This document shows positions 31,463 through 41,347 of a stretch of DNA of 64,000 nt, piece after piece. Numbering within the stretch: position 1 is the first letter of the stretch; the number at the start of each line of letters is the position of its first letter. This DNA is from an uncultured archaeon (GTDB lineage Archaea; Thermoproteota; Bathyarchaeia; Bathyarchaeales; Bathycorpusculaceae): positions 1,994 through 65,993 of the forward strand of contig CAWALK010000018.1 of NCBI GenBank assembly GCA_963782915.1, in the 5' to 3' direction. The position numbers and the translations under genes were made by a program. The notes under the pieces were generated by a model. The model had not been told where the DNA came from and did not search any database. It saw only the letters and a program-made list of their open reading frames with translations.

Positions 31463-32892
31463 TCAATGGCATACCAGCATTATTTCATTGAAGAATTTCC
31501 GCTTGATACTCGAGAAAACACCCTTACCCTTGATTTCTTGCCGTAAGCTTTCTGAAATATGGTCCTCACAAAGCAAGTCTCCTTCTTGGTAGAAGTGTTT
31601 TTCGCACAGGGGTATACCGCATTTTTCGCAAACAGCAACTGTGTCTCTTCTTAGAAGAGTACACTTTCTACACTTCGACAAATCATCTTCAATAATTCTA
31701 CCTGAAGACGCTAACAACCTTCTTGAGAAGCTATAATCGCCAGATTCATACTCAAGGTTCCATTTGGGCACATAAACCATTTTCACTCCTCGTATGCTAA
31801 TTTCGTTGAGACGAGGCACAAACGAGAAGTAGCGTGTTTCAAGTTCTCCTCGCTTCTTAACTTGATAGGATACTTGTTGCTTGTTTTTCTCAACTAAATG
31901 ATATTTGACTATCTTTGTTGCTTCTTCTTCTGTGACTTCGGGTTCAGCGGGAGAAACGTTATAGTCTGAGTTTAATAGGACAGGTTTAGAAGCAGGAATA
32001 ATCGTCTCCAAGTCTTCGGAGATCAACTTGTCTTCTTTCGACCTAACTCTCTCATCTTTACTCTTGAGTAGACCCAAGACATTGTCTACGATGTTTTTCT
32101 CTAAGTTGATTATATCTCCATCGAGAGCATCCACATAATAGGTACCGCTATCAGAGAATGAATGCGACCTTCCAGTTGGGTCATTTCGCTTAGCTTGAAG
32201 CCGATATTTCACTATGATGTATGGGTGATAGAGCAATACTGACGAGAAGAGCCTAACTGCCTCATTATTCTTAAGATTAAGCGATGATGCAGTAGAAAAG
32301 TCGATGGTAACAGGTAAAATCGGTTCGTTGATTAGACTTGGATTTCTGGTTCTGCCTATGCTATAAGCATAAAATCGCTCTTTATGTTCGTCACCATCCC
32401 AAAGCTCGATTCCCACCGAATCAGCAAGTTTTTCAGCGTCTTCTGAAAAGACTGTATTTGTTACAAACAAGCCTGATAATATGCCCGTGTCAGACATCTT
32501 ATCTTTGAATATCCTCATGTCTGAAACAGGTACGCTTCTCGATGGGTCGTAATTCTTGCATTCAACAATTCTGCGTCGGCTACCTCTGGTGAGTAAGAGA
32601 TCAATTTCAGCGGTAGCTCCACTTTTGGTAGGTAGGCGCTTTCTCTTTTCTACAGAGTAACCCATTTTCTCAAGGATAGATGCGGTAGTATCCTCTAACC
32701 TTACTCCAAGGTCATATGTGTTAAGCTTAAGTGGTCCGAGCTCTTCTTCTCGAGTTCATTGGTGTTGAGGACTTTTTCTTTGGCTTGAGTTGCTTGCAGC
32801 GGCTGTTCTACATTTATTTTCTGTCCACATTCTGAGCAGAACTTTGGAATCGGTTTTTTTAGTTCAGTTCCACAGTTAGGACAATACTTCAA
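31463..32892 (-). CDS. Mrr-like PD-(D/E)xK restriction endonuclease with N-terminal zinc ribbon and C-terminal zinc finger (frameshifted)
   Basis: CPNCG...CSECG; EIDLLL...IVECKNY...GLFVTNTVFSEDA...IELWDG; C-terminal CxxC...CxxC...CxxH. Confidence 0.8.
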
Positions 32893-33046
32893 AGAGCGTC
32901 ACCTTTACCAATGCTGGCTTGCTTGCTATATCCAAGAATTTTGTTTAAAAAATTATGGGTTGAAACGTCAGTGTTCTTATTAGTGTCATTATGAGCTCGG
33001 TCTCAATGGACATGGGAAAAATTCTAAAGCTGTTTAGCCGTTATAA

Positions 33047-33340
33047 ATGGTTATGGCTGGGATAATCGGTGGTTTGATAGCAAGTATCGGCGGTTTTGTA
33101 GCAAAACTGTACCCTGCATGGTTATTGGCTGATTTTATTATGGTCGGTTTAAGTTTGCTTTATGTTGCACTTACTGGAGGGTTTGCCGGTCTCTTAAGTG
33201 AGGTGGCGATCAATGCAGCCGTTGGAGCGATCCCCTTTCCCTTTAACTTGTTAGCGAGTTTCTACATTGCACCGGTTTACATAATACTCCAAATTATCGT
33301 TTTTGCAATTATGTATGTGTTTTTTTCCACAAGAAGCTAA
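33047..33340 (+). CDS. Small membrane protein
   Basis: Three hydrophobic segments. Confidence 0.55.
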   Translation: MVMAGIIGGLIASIGGFVAKLYPAWLLADFIMVGLSLLYVALTGGFAGLLSEVAINAAVGAIPFPFNLLASFYIAPVYIILQIIVFAIMYVFFSTRS

Positions 33341-33421
33341 ACCCAGCGCGCGTTTGACTGTTACTTCAGAGGGCGTAATTGACTGACCACTGTGGAAGGG
33401 AAGGTGCAGTTAACCCCCATT

Positions 33422-33697
33422 TCACCATTCTTTTTTTGAAATCCTCTCGTCATGAAAAATCGCCCAAATATAATCAGATCCTTTTACAAGTTTCGAGATA
33501 ACGCTTGGACTTTTAATCGGAACATACTCATAGGCTTTGGTAAAATCCGCTTTCAAAATTTTAATTTTAGTTCCAATTGGAAATAAATCGGTGCCATTTA
33601 TTTCATAGGTGAAAGGTAAATTAGAGGTTGTTTTGAATTCCTCGTTTTCACATGCTGCTATTCTTTTCCATATTTCTGCAAACGATGGCTTTAGCAT
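33422..33697 (-). CDS. Hypothetical protein
   Basis: Intact 91-aa ORF ending YIWAIFHDERI. Confidence 0.55.
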   Translation of the reverse strand: MLKPSFAEIWKRIAACENEEFKTTSNLPFTYEINGTDLFPIGTKIKILKADFTKAYEYVPIKSPSVISKLVKGSDYIWAIFHDERISKKEW

Positions 33698-33981
33698 ATT
33701 CTCACCTGGATTATGTGCGCTCTAATCAATTCTCGTGAATTTATCCCTTTGTTGTTCAGCTAAAGTATTTGGTCTAACCTGCATTCGTTTGGTTTCTTAT
33801 CAATTCTAATCCGGTGAAATCTTATCGCTCTTTTTACCTATTTTTCAGGCGTTTTTCACTTTCACCGACCCCTCCCCTGCTACAAAGTGTCGTTTTGTCA
33901 ATAGCTTAAAAGGAATAGTAGACGCAACTCTGGTTGCCAAGCAAGGAAGGAAAAAAATGGGAGAAAACGGGGTAAACAAGC

Positions 33982-34257
33982 ATGGTGTCGCTGATCCTTA
34001 GAAGAACCGTAAGGCGTCAGCTAAAAATAAAAGGGGAAGAAACCGGCAAACCCTGCAGCCAACTTGAAGACATCGAGTTTGTCTTCCCAAAGGAATACAA
34101 CAAGATGCTCAAGCCCGTCTTTTGTAGAAACTATGACTACGAAGCACGAGAAGAAAACGGCAGTTTAACTTTTATACTAACACCGACAAAATGCACTGAA
34201 GACAAACCGCTAATCCCAGACGAGACGGTGAAAAGCCCGAACCTGGAGGAGCCTTAA
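33982..34257 (+). CDS. Hypothetical protein, possibly AbrB-like
   Basis: FVFPKEYNKMLKPVF...LTFILTP resembles the next ORF. Confidence 0.4.
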   Translation: MVSLILRRTVRRQLKIKGEETGKPCSQLEDIEFVFPKEYNKMLKPVFCRNYDYEAREENGSLTFILTPTKCTEDKPLIPDETVKSPNLEEP

Positions 34258-34623
34258 TTGAATGGTAATAAAAATTCGATTGCGAAAGGTCAAAAGAAAG
34301 TACAAAAAGAAGGTCCATTCATACCCCCAATGCTGGATGGAATTCCCCAAAAAATCTATAAAAAATTGGAGCCCCATATCGCCAAAAACTTCGATGATGT
34401 AAACGTCATTTTTGAAGAGACTCCAAATCAAGAAACAGTAAAAATAGTCTTGATCAAGAAAAAAGACGCCTATAATAGACAAGGCAAAGCTCGTTTGAGG
34501 TCAAATTCGCCCCCCGCAATAAGAATTTCAGAGGCTAAATGCCCTACTACATGTAGAAAAGCCCTCGGTAAAACGTTTCTTCATGTAGAAATTAGCCGGA
34601 AAAAACCTCACACGAGTACATAG
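34258..34623 (+). CDS. Hypothetical protein, possibly AbrB-like
   Basis: GIPQKIYKKLEPHI...VKIVLIK. Confidence 0.4.
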   Translation: MNGNKNSIAKGQKKVQKEGPFIPPMLDGIPQKIYKKLEPHIAKNFDDVNVIFEETPNQETVKIVLIKKKDAYNRQGKARLRSNSPPAIRISEAKCPTTCRKALGKTFLHVEISRKKPHTST

Positions 34624-34722
34624 CGAGCGCTCAAACACACCGTGATTTTAACAAAAAAATGCTATTTTTGGCAACATACTTTGTTTTTTGGAATTTTGTC
34701 CATGCTTTTCTACATGCAGAAA
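34544..34722. promoter_or_regulatory. Three copies of palindrome TTTCTACATGTAGAAA (operator or origin candidate)
   Basis: 34544-34559 (14/16), 34576-34591 (15/16), 34707-34722 (15/16). Confidence 0.55.
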
Positions 34723-34764
34723 AATTTTGCCTCGGACAAAAGCGCCTGAAACTCAAAGGTTAAT

Positions 34765-35229
34765 GTGATAAGCTACTTCGCCGCAGACCTGAAGTTTGGT
34801 TCCTTCCATGCAGGCTTAAAAATTTCCATGAGGGCAAACAAGAGTAAAGGTACACCGCTTCAGGTGTTTAGTGGCAAAGAAGAGGCGCTAAACCGTCTCA
34901 TACTCCTGATTCTGCGCTGCTCTAAGCAACCTTTAATCACATATGACGTAGCCTTACAAGTTAAGCGAGTCAAAGGATTCAGGCATACCGATAAGGAAAC
35001 AGTTTACAGGAGAATGAAGAAGTTACATCAGCAACGTTTTATAGATATAGTGGGAAGTAGACCGACAAAGCCAGGATGGCCATCTGACCTCTACGCTCTG
35101 AACCTTAGAGGAATAGCCGCCTTGAAACTTGATGAAAACAGCATTAACGATTTTCTGTTAACCGCTAATTACGAGCAACTACGAAAGCTTATCGATATAA
35201 TTAATTGCGCCAGAACAGATTCCTTGTAA
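34765..35229 (+). CDS. Winged-helix transcription regulator
   Basis: LITYDVALQV...KETVYRRMKKLHQQRFI...YALNLRG. Confidence 0.7.
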   Translation: MISYFAADLKFGSFHAGLKISMRANKSKGTPLQVFSGKEEALNRLILLILRCSKQPLITYDVALQVKRVKGFRHTDKETVYRRMKKLHQQRFIDIVGSRPTKPGWPSDLYALNLRGIAALKLDENSINDFLLTANYEQLRKLIDIINCARTDSL

Positions 35230-35232
35230 GTA

Positions 35233-35481
35233 TTAATCTGCCACTCGGCGGAATAGTAGCACGATACCCACTACATCACCAATAATCATAGCGACTCCTA
35301 GTAATTGCAGTGCAAAAATACCATTATTTAGAGCTACTGAACCCTGCCCCGTAGCCACTGGTGCCATTCCTTGTAAAATAAACACGCCTAATTCAGCTGG
35401 ACCGGGAATAGCCAGCCAAAGTCCAATAATAAAGACGATAACTGCAAAGACTGCGGCAAGTAGCCCTCCGAAATCTGCCAA
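35233..35481 (-). CDS. Small membrane protein
   Basis: Two hydrophobic helices. Confidence 0.5.
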   Translation of the reverse strand: MADFGGLLAAVFAVIVFIIGLWLAIPGPAELGVFILQGMAPVATGQGSVALNNGIFALQLLGVAMIIGDVVGIVLLFRRVAD

Positions 35482-35601
35482 ACCTTTTTTCCTCTCTTAA
35501 AATCTTTCTTGGTAGCTAATTGCTTTTATCATTTTCCTATTGTCAGGCCTCGGATTAGCCGATATGTCTTTTTTAGAGATATTGGCTTTGCTACCCCTCA
35601 C

Positions 35602-35618
35602 AAAGCCATCATGGCTTT
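35602..35618. promoter_or_regulatory. Inverted repeat AAAGCCAT-C-ATGGCTTT upstream of the early/replication operon
   Basis: Perfect 8-bp arms, 15 nt before a TTTTTATG TATA-like box. Confidence 0.45.
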
Positions 35619-35673
35619 CCAGCGATAGATAGTTTTTATGCCTAGTCCGTAAGAAGTTCGAGGTGACAAACAC

Positions 35674-35916
35674 TTGGTTAATTTAATTGATGACTGGGAG
35701 GTCCTCGAAGAATACGCTGGCGAAAAACTGGGCTTCTACCAGCTTCTCGCCATCGACGGGTCCTTTGAGGTCCGTGTCATGACCGGAAGAATAGGTTTTA
35801 AAAGAGAGTTTAAAGACGGCAACGACAAACTGCTAAACCAAATCCTTGACTACTGCAAGAAACGCCGCTTCATACTGATCAGCGACCACCTCAGAGACGA
35901 GGACTTTTTCAAATAA
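35674..35916 (+). CDS. Hypothetical viral early protein
   Basis: Intact ORF with GAGGTGA ribosome-binding site. Confidence 0.65.
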   Translation: MVNLIDDWEVLEEYAGEKLGFYQLLAIDGSFEVRVMTGRIGFKREFKDGNDKLLNQILDYCKKRRFILISDHLRDEDFFK

Positions 35917-35942
35917 GCGAGGCAGCGAACCGGGGAATAAGC

Positions 35943-36315
35943 ATGGATAAGCAAGTTGAATTTCTTGTAAAATTCAGAGACGCCAGCCTAATGCTTGCCG
36001 AAGCAGCAAACGAATACATAGACGAACTAGCTCCAGCAGGAATGCAAGCGAGAAGAAAACAAACAAACCCTCATAGTCCAAGAATCAAACTTTACCATCC
36101 TAAAATTTGAGGCTCAGCAAAGCGCCAAACTAGGCGAATACGAAGTCGCATACAAACAAAGTAATCCAGCTGACAAGTGGAGTAGCGTCTATAATATCCT
36201 AAAAGGCGGCAACGCAACCATCAAAGACCGTTACCATTGCGAAGGATACCAATACAGCTACTGGCTCTATGGCGAAGACAAAATCTACCGCCAAAAACTC
36301 AAACCCAAAGCCTAA
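35943..36315 (+). CDS. Hypothetical viral early protein (frameshifted, absent from ORF track)
   Basis: MDKQVEFLVKFRDASLMLAEAANEYI.../...LGEYEVAYK...YSYWLYGEDKIYRQKLKPKA*. Confidence 0.55.
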
Positions 36316-36332
36316 GGAGCACCGGAGCAAAC

Positions 36333-36470
36333 ATGGTTGATTCTGAAGAAGGCGAAGAATATCCCGAAGGTTACAAAGAAGCTTTAGCCCAATGCACCGT
36401 TCTTGCTGCCAACCTACTAAAGATGATGACCGACAATTCTGATACCAGCCGAACGGAAACTTCATCCTAA
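36333..36470 (+). CDS. Small hypothetical protein
   Basis: MVDSEEGEEYPEGYKEALAQC... Confidence 0.35.
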   Translation: MVDSEEGEEYPEGYKEALAQCTVLAANLLKMMTDNSDTSRTETSS

Positions 36471-36482
36471 GGAGATATAGCG

Positions 36483-38270
36483 ATGGGTCAGAGGGGAAAG
36501 GGTAAGAAGTGCGCGGATTGTGCTAACTGGAAACTAAAAGATAGCCCATGCACCTATTACGACGAAATAGTCAAAGGCATAATAAACAAGACAGATCCCG
36601 CATGCGAGGACTTCTACCCCAAGGGAAAAGAAAAAACCAAAGTTCATAAAACAAGCGGCTACGCTGAGCAGGGATTCTACGAGGCAATCTATGCCAACGG
36701 AAAACCAGCATTTCTAAGCGTCAAAGATGGCAACTTCCGGGTACATGAAGAAGTTACCGTCGAAGACGAAGTCTTCTTGCCCAAAGAGTACCCAGACGAG
36801 TTCCCCTATGAACCCTACAGCTACTATGAAGGCAACCTGCCTACCAATGAGGAACTATACTGGAAAGTTAGAGAAGAGTTTGGTCTCTTCTTAGATTTAG
36901 AGTCAACATGGAAAGATTACCTAGCCGCCTGTGTTCTGCTAAGCTACCAACAGGAGAAAACGCGAACAGTCCCCTACGTCTACTTTGTTGGGGATAATGA
37001 GAGTGGCAAAACTGTCGCCTTAAGCCTGTTTAACTGGCTATGCTACCGTCCCATGCTAGGCGTCACCATCCCCTCAGCCGACGTCTACGGCTACTTGGAC
37101 GATTCTGATACACCTGGAACAATCCTTGAAGACGAAGCACAAGGACTATACAAGGACTTGGATAAAGCCAAAATCTACAAGGCAGGCTACAAAAAAGGCG
37201 CCGTCGTCCCAAGAACAATGCTCACACAAAACAAGCGCTTCATCAAATACTTCCGAGTTTTCTGCTTCAAAGCCTGTGCAGCCGAAGAAATGCCCCACGT
37301 CAAAGGCCTACTGGAACGCTTCATATTCATACCCATGACCGAAGGCTACCCAACAAAAGACTGGGCGGACCTAAACAAAGATGACGAGCAGCGGCTCAGA
37401 GAACTCAGAAATATCCTGCTAAAATGGCGCTTATCAACCGTAGAAGCAGAGCTCCCAGAAATCGAACTACCAGTAAAAGGGCGCCTCAAAGAACTATGGA
37501 AACCCATCATCCAAGTTACTGCAGGCTTAACCATCGAAAAAAACCTCAGAACACAACTAGAGCAACTGCAAAAAGACCGGCTAAGCGAAAAAACCAACAC
37601 CTTAGAAGGCCATCTGGTTAAGGTAGTCTGCGAACTGTACAACCCAGAAACCCCTCTAGCCTCCTCGGAAATCTGGGATGGATTGGTTAAGGATTTAGAG
37701 GGCAAACTAGACGACAAGAAACCAAACAAGATGGACACCCCCGAGTTTGGAGAAGTTACCAAGCAAAAGATAGGCTACAGGCTTCGGGAAGTGTTAAACG
37801 GCAAAAAAACCAAAGTGCGACTGCAGGATGGCCCAGCATGGGTTTACAGCTTTGACAAAGAAAAACTCAAGCGCATCGCAAAGAAATATGGCTGCCAACT
37901 TGTTCCAAAGTTCCAAACGTTCCAAAGCCCCACCGAGACCACCACCCCAAAGCCAGAAGCCAAAGTCGAAGAAAAAAGCGTTATTACCGAAAACAAGCCC
38001 GTTTCAGAGCCGCAAAAAATCGAACAAACAGCGGTGGCCCCTGCTAAAGTTGTGCAACTTGGGAACACTGGAACATACACCTTAGACGAGTTGGTTTTGA
38101 AAACTAAGAGCGTAAGCCGCCTAACCATGGACTTTGGGATAGAGACATGCGTATGCTGCGGTGCCAAAGGACGACCAGACTGGCAAGTCACCGAATTTAA
38201 CGATTCATGGGGCTTCCTGTGCGGTCCCTGCGGAGTAAAACTTTCCGAGAGGTTGAGCAACAATGGGTAA
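36483..38270 (+). CDS. Viral replication P-loop ATPase/helicase with terminal zinc fingers and winged helix
   Basis: Walker A GDNESGKT, Walker B ILEDE, Arg finger LLERF; CADC...C...C at N-terminus, CVCC...CGPC at C-terminus. Confidence 0.75.
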   Translation: MGQRGKGKKCADCANWKLKDSPCTYYDEIVKGIINKTDPACEDFYPKGKEKTKVHKTSGYAEQGFYEAIYANGKPAFLSVKDGNFRVHEEVTVEDEVFLPKEYPDEFPYEPYSYYEGNLPTNEELYWKVREEFGLFLDLESTWKDYLAACVLLSYQQEKTRTVPYVYFVGDNESGKTVALSLFNWLCYRPMLGVTIPSADVYGYLDDSDTPGTILEDEAQGLYKDLDKAKIYKAGYKKGAVVPRTMLTQNKRFIKYFRVFCFKACAAEEMPHVKGLLERFIFIPMTEGYPTKDWADLNKDDEQRLRELRNILLKWRLSTVEAELPEIELPVKGRLKELWKPIIQVTAGLTIEKNLRTQLEQLQKDRLSEKTNTLEGHLVKVVCELYNPETPLASSEIWDGLVKDLEGKLDDKKPNKMDTPEFGEVTKQKIGYRLREVLNGKKTKVRLQDGPAWVYSFDKEKLKRIAKKYGCQLVPKFQTFQSPTETTTPKPEAKVEEKSVITENKPVSEPQKIEQTAVAPAKVVQLGNTGTYTLDELVLKTKSVSRLTMDFGIETCVCCGAKGRPDWQVTEFNDSWGFLCGPCGVKLSERLSNNG

Positions 38271-38652
38271 AGGCACCGACTTGCAAGAGCTGGTATTTGT
38301 CCAGTATGCTGACCATGTTCTCTACAACCGAGCTTCAGCTCTGGCTATGCAGCCGCAGATTCGAGAGGCAATTGGCTGGCTCATCTACGAATGTGACAAT
38401 TACATCACACTTTGCTGGGACCGAGACGCTGGACCGCCTACACTGCACGGTGGCGACCCCAAAGCCTCTGGCTTGGTCTTGTTAAAATCAGACATAATTG
38501 CGCTGGAACGACTAAAAGTCAAAGCTCAGATTTCACATGGAACCGTTGAAAGGGTCTTAAATTCTCCACAGCCCATAGTTAAGGATGAGTTCGCGTTCCG
38601 ACCATCGGAGCGAAAAACTCAAAGAGCAAAAAGCTCCAAAGGAGAAAACTAG
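38263..38652 (+). CDS. Hypothetical protein
   Basis: Overlaps the stop of the replication gene. Confidence 0.55.
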   Translation: MGKGTDLQELVFVQYADHVLYNRASALAMQPQIREAIGWLIYECDNYITLCWDRDAGPPTLHGGDPKASGLVLLKSDIIALERLKVKAQISHGTVERVLNSPQPIVKDEFAFRPSERKTQRAKSSKGEN

Positions 38653-38654
38653 AT

Positions 38655-38918
38655 ATGATACAGCGCACAGCTCCTTTAGCCTCCGCTATAACCCGCAACC
38701 GCAATCTCTCCGTTGAAGAACTAAAAAGCCTCAACCTACCGCTAATATTCCAAGGCGACACTGTCACCATCGAGAGAAGCATAGACGGCTGGAAACTCAG
38801 ACAACCCATCACCATAGAACTCAGCAAAATCTTAGCCGCCAAAGAAAAAGGACTAGTCGACTACATCATACGCTCCTGCCTAAACGACCGCCCAAGCACT
38901 AATCCCCTACATCTTTGA
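38655..38918 (+). CDS. Hypothetical protein upstream of integrase
   Basis: ORF in operon; boundaries uncertain. Confidence 0.35.
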   Translation: MIQRTAPLASAITRNRNLSVEELKSLNLPLIFQGDTVTIERSIDGWKLRQPITIELSKILAAKEKGLVDYIIRSCLNDRPSTNPLHL

Positions 38919-38928
38919 ATACCAAAGC

Positions 38929-40092
38929 ATGCTAAAAATGGCCCGACACTTTCTACGACACTGCTCAGCATCACACGACAGCTGCCTACTCTACACAAGT
39001 AAAGTCAGAAAATACGCAGAATGGCTTGGCCACAACCCCGACCTAATCATCCAAGACGTCAAACCCGTCGGCGCAATCCCCGACCCCATAAAAGTACAAA
39101 ACCACTGCGGATTCCTAAACGACTACCTAGCACACCTTCAAGACTCACGACCTTAAACCAGGCGCAGTCAGCGACTACATCAAAGCAGTAAAAACCTTCT
39201 ACCGCACCAACGGCGTAAAAAAAATTGAACTCGACGAACCCCTAAGCCGCAAAGTAACATACAAAGACCGAGCACCAAAACCCGAAGAAATCGCCCTAAT
39301 GCTAGACAAAGCCGCTACACGAGAAGCATTCATCGTAGCAGCCATCGCTTCAGGCGGATTCCGAGAAGGAACCTTTGCAAAACTCAAATACCGACACGTA
39401 AAAGAAGACCTCGAAGCCGGAAGAGTACCCAATCCACATCCATGTTGAAGCCGAAATAACCAAAGGCAAATACCACGACTACGATACCTTCATAAACGCA
39501 GAAGCATGCCGCCTCCTAAAACTCTACATCCAAGACAGACAACAGGGCGGCAGATCAATGCCACCAGAAACCCTCACAGACGAATCCCCACTAATCAGAA
39601 ACAGCCACAACACAGACAGAATCTTAGGCGTAACCGAAAAAACCATCAGAAAAATCGTCCACAACTTAGCAGTTAAGCGCAAAAATCGCAAAGAAACTAC
39701 CAAACAGCTGGATGTACAGCGTCAGAACACATAGCCTAAGAAAATTCTTCAGAAGCCAACTCAGCACAGCAAAAATCGACACAGAAATCGTCGAATACAT
39801 GATGGGCCACACAATCAACACCTATGAAGACGTCCAAAGCTTAGGCATAGAAACCCTAAGAAACCTCTACGCATCAGCCGGGCTTGCGATCAGACCAAAG
39901 ACACAGGTAAACCGCATTGACCAACTCAAAGAAATCATACGAGCATGGGGAGAAAACCCTGAAGAAATCCTGTCAAAAGATGCAGTCTTTAGAGGCAACA
40001 TCACAGAAACCCAAGAACAACACCAGAACCATCAGCTATCACTTCTTGCAGAGCAACTCAAGCAGATTATACGGAAGGAGGTAACAAAATGA
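38929..40092 (+). CDS. Tyrosine recombinase/integrase (frameshifted)
   Basis: Catalytic R (SGGFREG), K (TKGK), HSLRKFF, MMGH, Y (TYEDV). Confidence 0.9.
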
Positions 40093-40122
40093 CCCAAACA
40101 TCTAGTACTTTTTCGCGCATAT

Positions 40123-40146
40123 GGGTTTGGAACCCACCGGGCCCGC
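40123..40146 (+). repeat. Degenerate tRNA 3'-end copy (attR candidate)
   Basis: gggtttggaacccaccgggcccgc versus tRNA-Lys 1815-1838 gggttcaattcccgtcggacccgc (16/24), 30 nt after the integrase stop. Confidence 0.5.
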
Positions 40147-40240
40147 TTATCCAAATTCCATACTCAAACATCTTTATTTATCTGAAAAACAGGACAGATA
40201 TAGTTAAGACCTGTTAGGGTTTTAGGTTTAAGGTGGTTTT

Positions 40241-40615
40241 TTGGATGAAAGTCTGCAATTAGCGCTAATACGCACGTTACTTGCAACTGAGAGAAACTAT
40301 TTAGCACTGGAGAGAACGCAACTATCTCAGTTACGCACTAGCCAATCTCTTGCTGTAATTGCACCTTCAGCCGCAGCAACATTAGCCTACATATTTTCCC
40401 GCATTCCCGAGCCATTTAATTTCGAGTTAATAGCTTATGTCTTGCTAATAATTTTGACTAGTTATGGTTTGTATACGAGTTTATCAGGTTACAAAAAATT
40501 GAAAAAAACGCGAGATATTCGTCGGTTAATTAGGAAACGTGAATTGGAGTTAGTTGAACAGGGAGAATTTGCCAAGTCATACCTCAGAGATATCCTTCTG
40601 CTTGACAAGCCATAA
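40241..40615 (+). CDS. DUF202-like membrane protein
   Basis: RTLLATERNYLALERTQLS followed by two TM helices. Confidence 0.7.
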   Translation: MDESLQLALIRTLLATERNYLALERTQLSQLRTSQSLAVIAPSAAATLAYIFSRIPEPFNFELIAYVLLIILTSYGLYTSLSGYKKLKKTRDIRRLIRKRELELVEQGEFAKSYLRDILLLDKP

Positions 40616-40650
40616 ACACAAGGGCACTTGAACAGATACCTATCGCCAAG

Positions 40651-41091
40651 TTAAGTGTGCTCCAACACCTTATGCGGTTTATCTGCTTCCGATTTTTCCC
40701 GCTCTTCAGTCTTCATTTCCATATTTAAGAAGTAACTCAGAAATGTTCGAATCAAAGCTATAGCTGCCAGTTGACCGATTTGTTCCCAGCTGGGAGCAAT
40801 TGCGGTTCCGATGATATCTGCTGCTAATTGAAGCTCCAGGGCGATTACGAGAAAGCGCCCAAGGGATATGCGTAGTTTGAGGTATTCCTTTTTTTGTTTA
40901 AAAATTATGGTTCGCAGGAAAAAGTAGAAGGCAACCACCAAGCCAGTTCCGATTATGACTACGCTTGATATTTCTGTGATTAGTTTTAATGTTGAAGCTA
41001 CGTTTGAAAAAACATCTTGTAGACTCAAAAATAATTCCTGCTTTATTTGAATTTTCGAGTTTGGGTTTGGGTTTTCAACCGCCGCATTCAT
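40651..41091 (-). CDS. DUF1622-like membrane protein
   Basis: LGRFLVIALELQLAADIIGT...LAAIALIRTFLSYFL. Confidence 0.85.
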   Translation of the reverse strand: MNAAVENPNPNSKIQIKQELFLSLQDVFSNVASTLKLITEISSVVIIGTGLVVAFYFFLRTIIFKQKKEYLKLRISLGRFLVIALELQLAADIIGTAIAPSWEQIGQLAAIALIRTFLSYFLNMEMKTEEREKSEADKPHKVLEHT

Positions 41092-41347
41092 TTTTGGGTA
41101 AGCAAAAATCGGTTCAATTAAGTGATTAATTGGAGCTCAATTAAAGCTATGTGGCTGCGATTTGATAACAACATAACATTCAGGCAATTGCTTCTGGCAA
41201 ACAGGGTATTTGAAAACTGAAGTCCACAGTTTAGCCTTCTTTTACCGACCGCATAATGTTATCATAACAAACCTTAATTCTCGCTCGCTTATGCAATTAT
41301 TAAAACAGCAAAAATAAAAAAATTAATGGAAGAGGGAGAAAAAAAAT

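Larger units (their letters stand above)
1815..40146. mobile_element. Integrated tailed archaeal provirus (Caudoviricetes-like, non-contractile tail), ~38 kb
   Basis: Terminase, protease, HK97 capsid, portal, neck, tail tube, tape measure, hub/spike, replication ATPase and tyrosine integrase lie between tRNA-Lys and a degenerate tRNA 3'-end copy. Confidence 0.92.
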
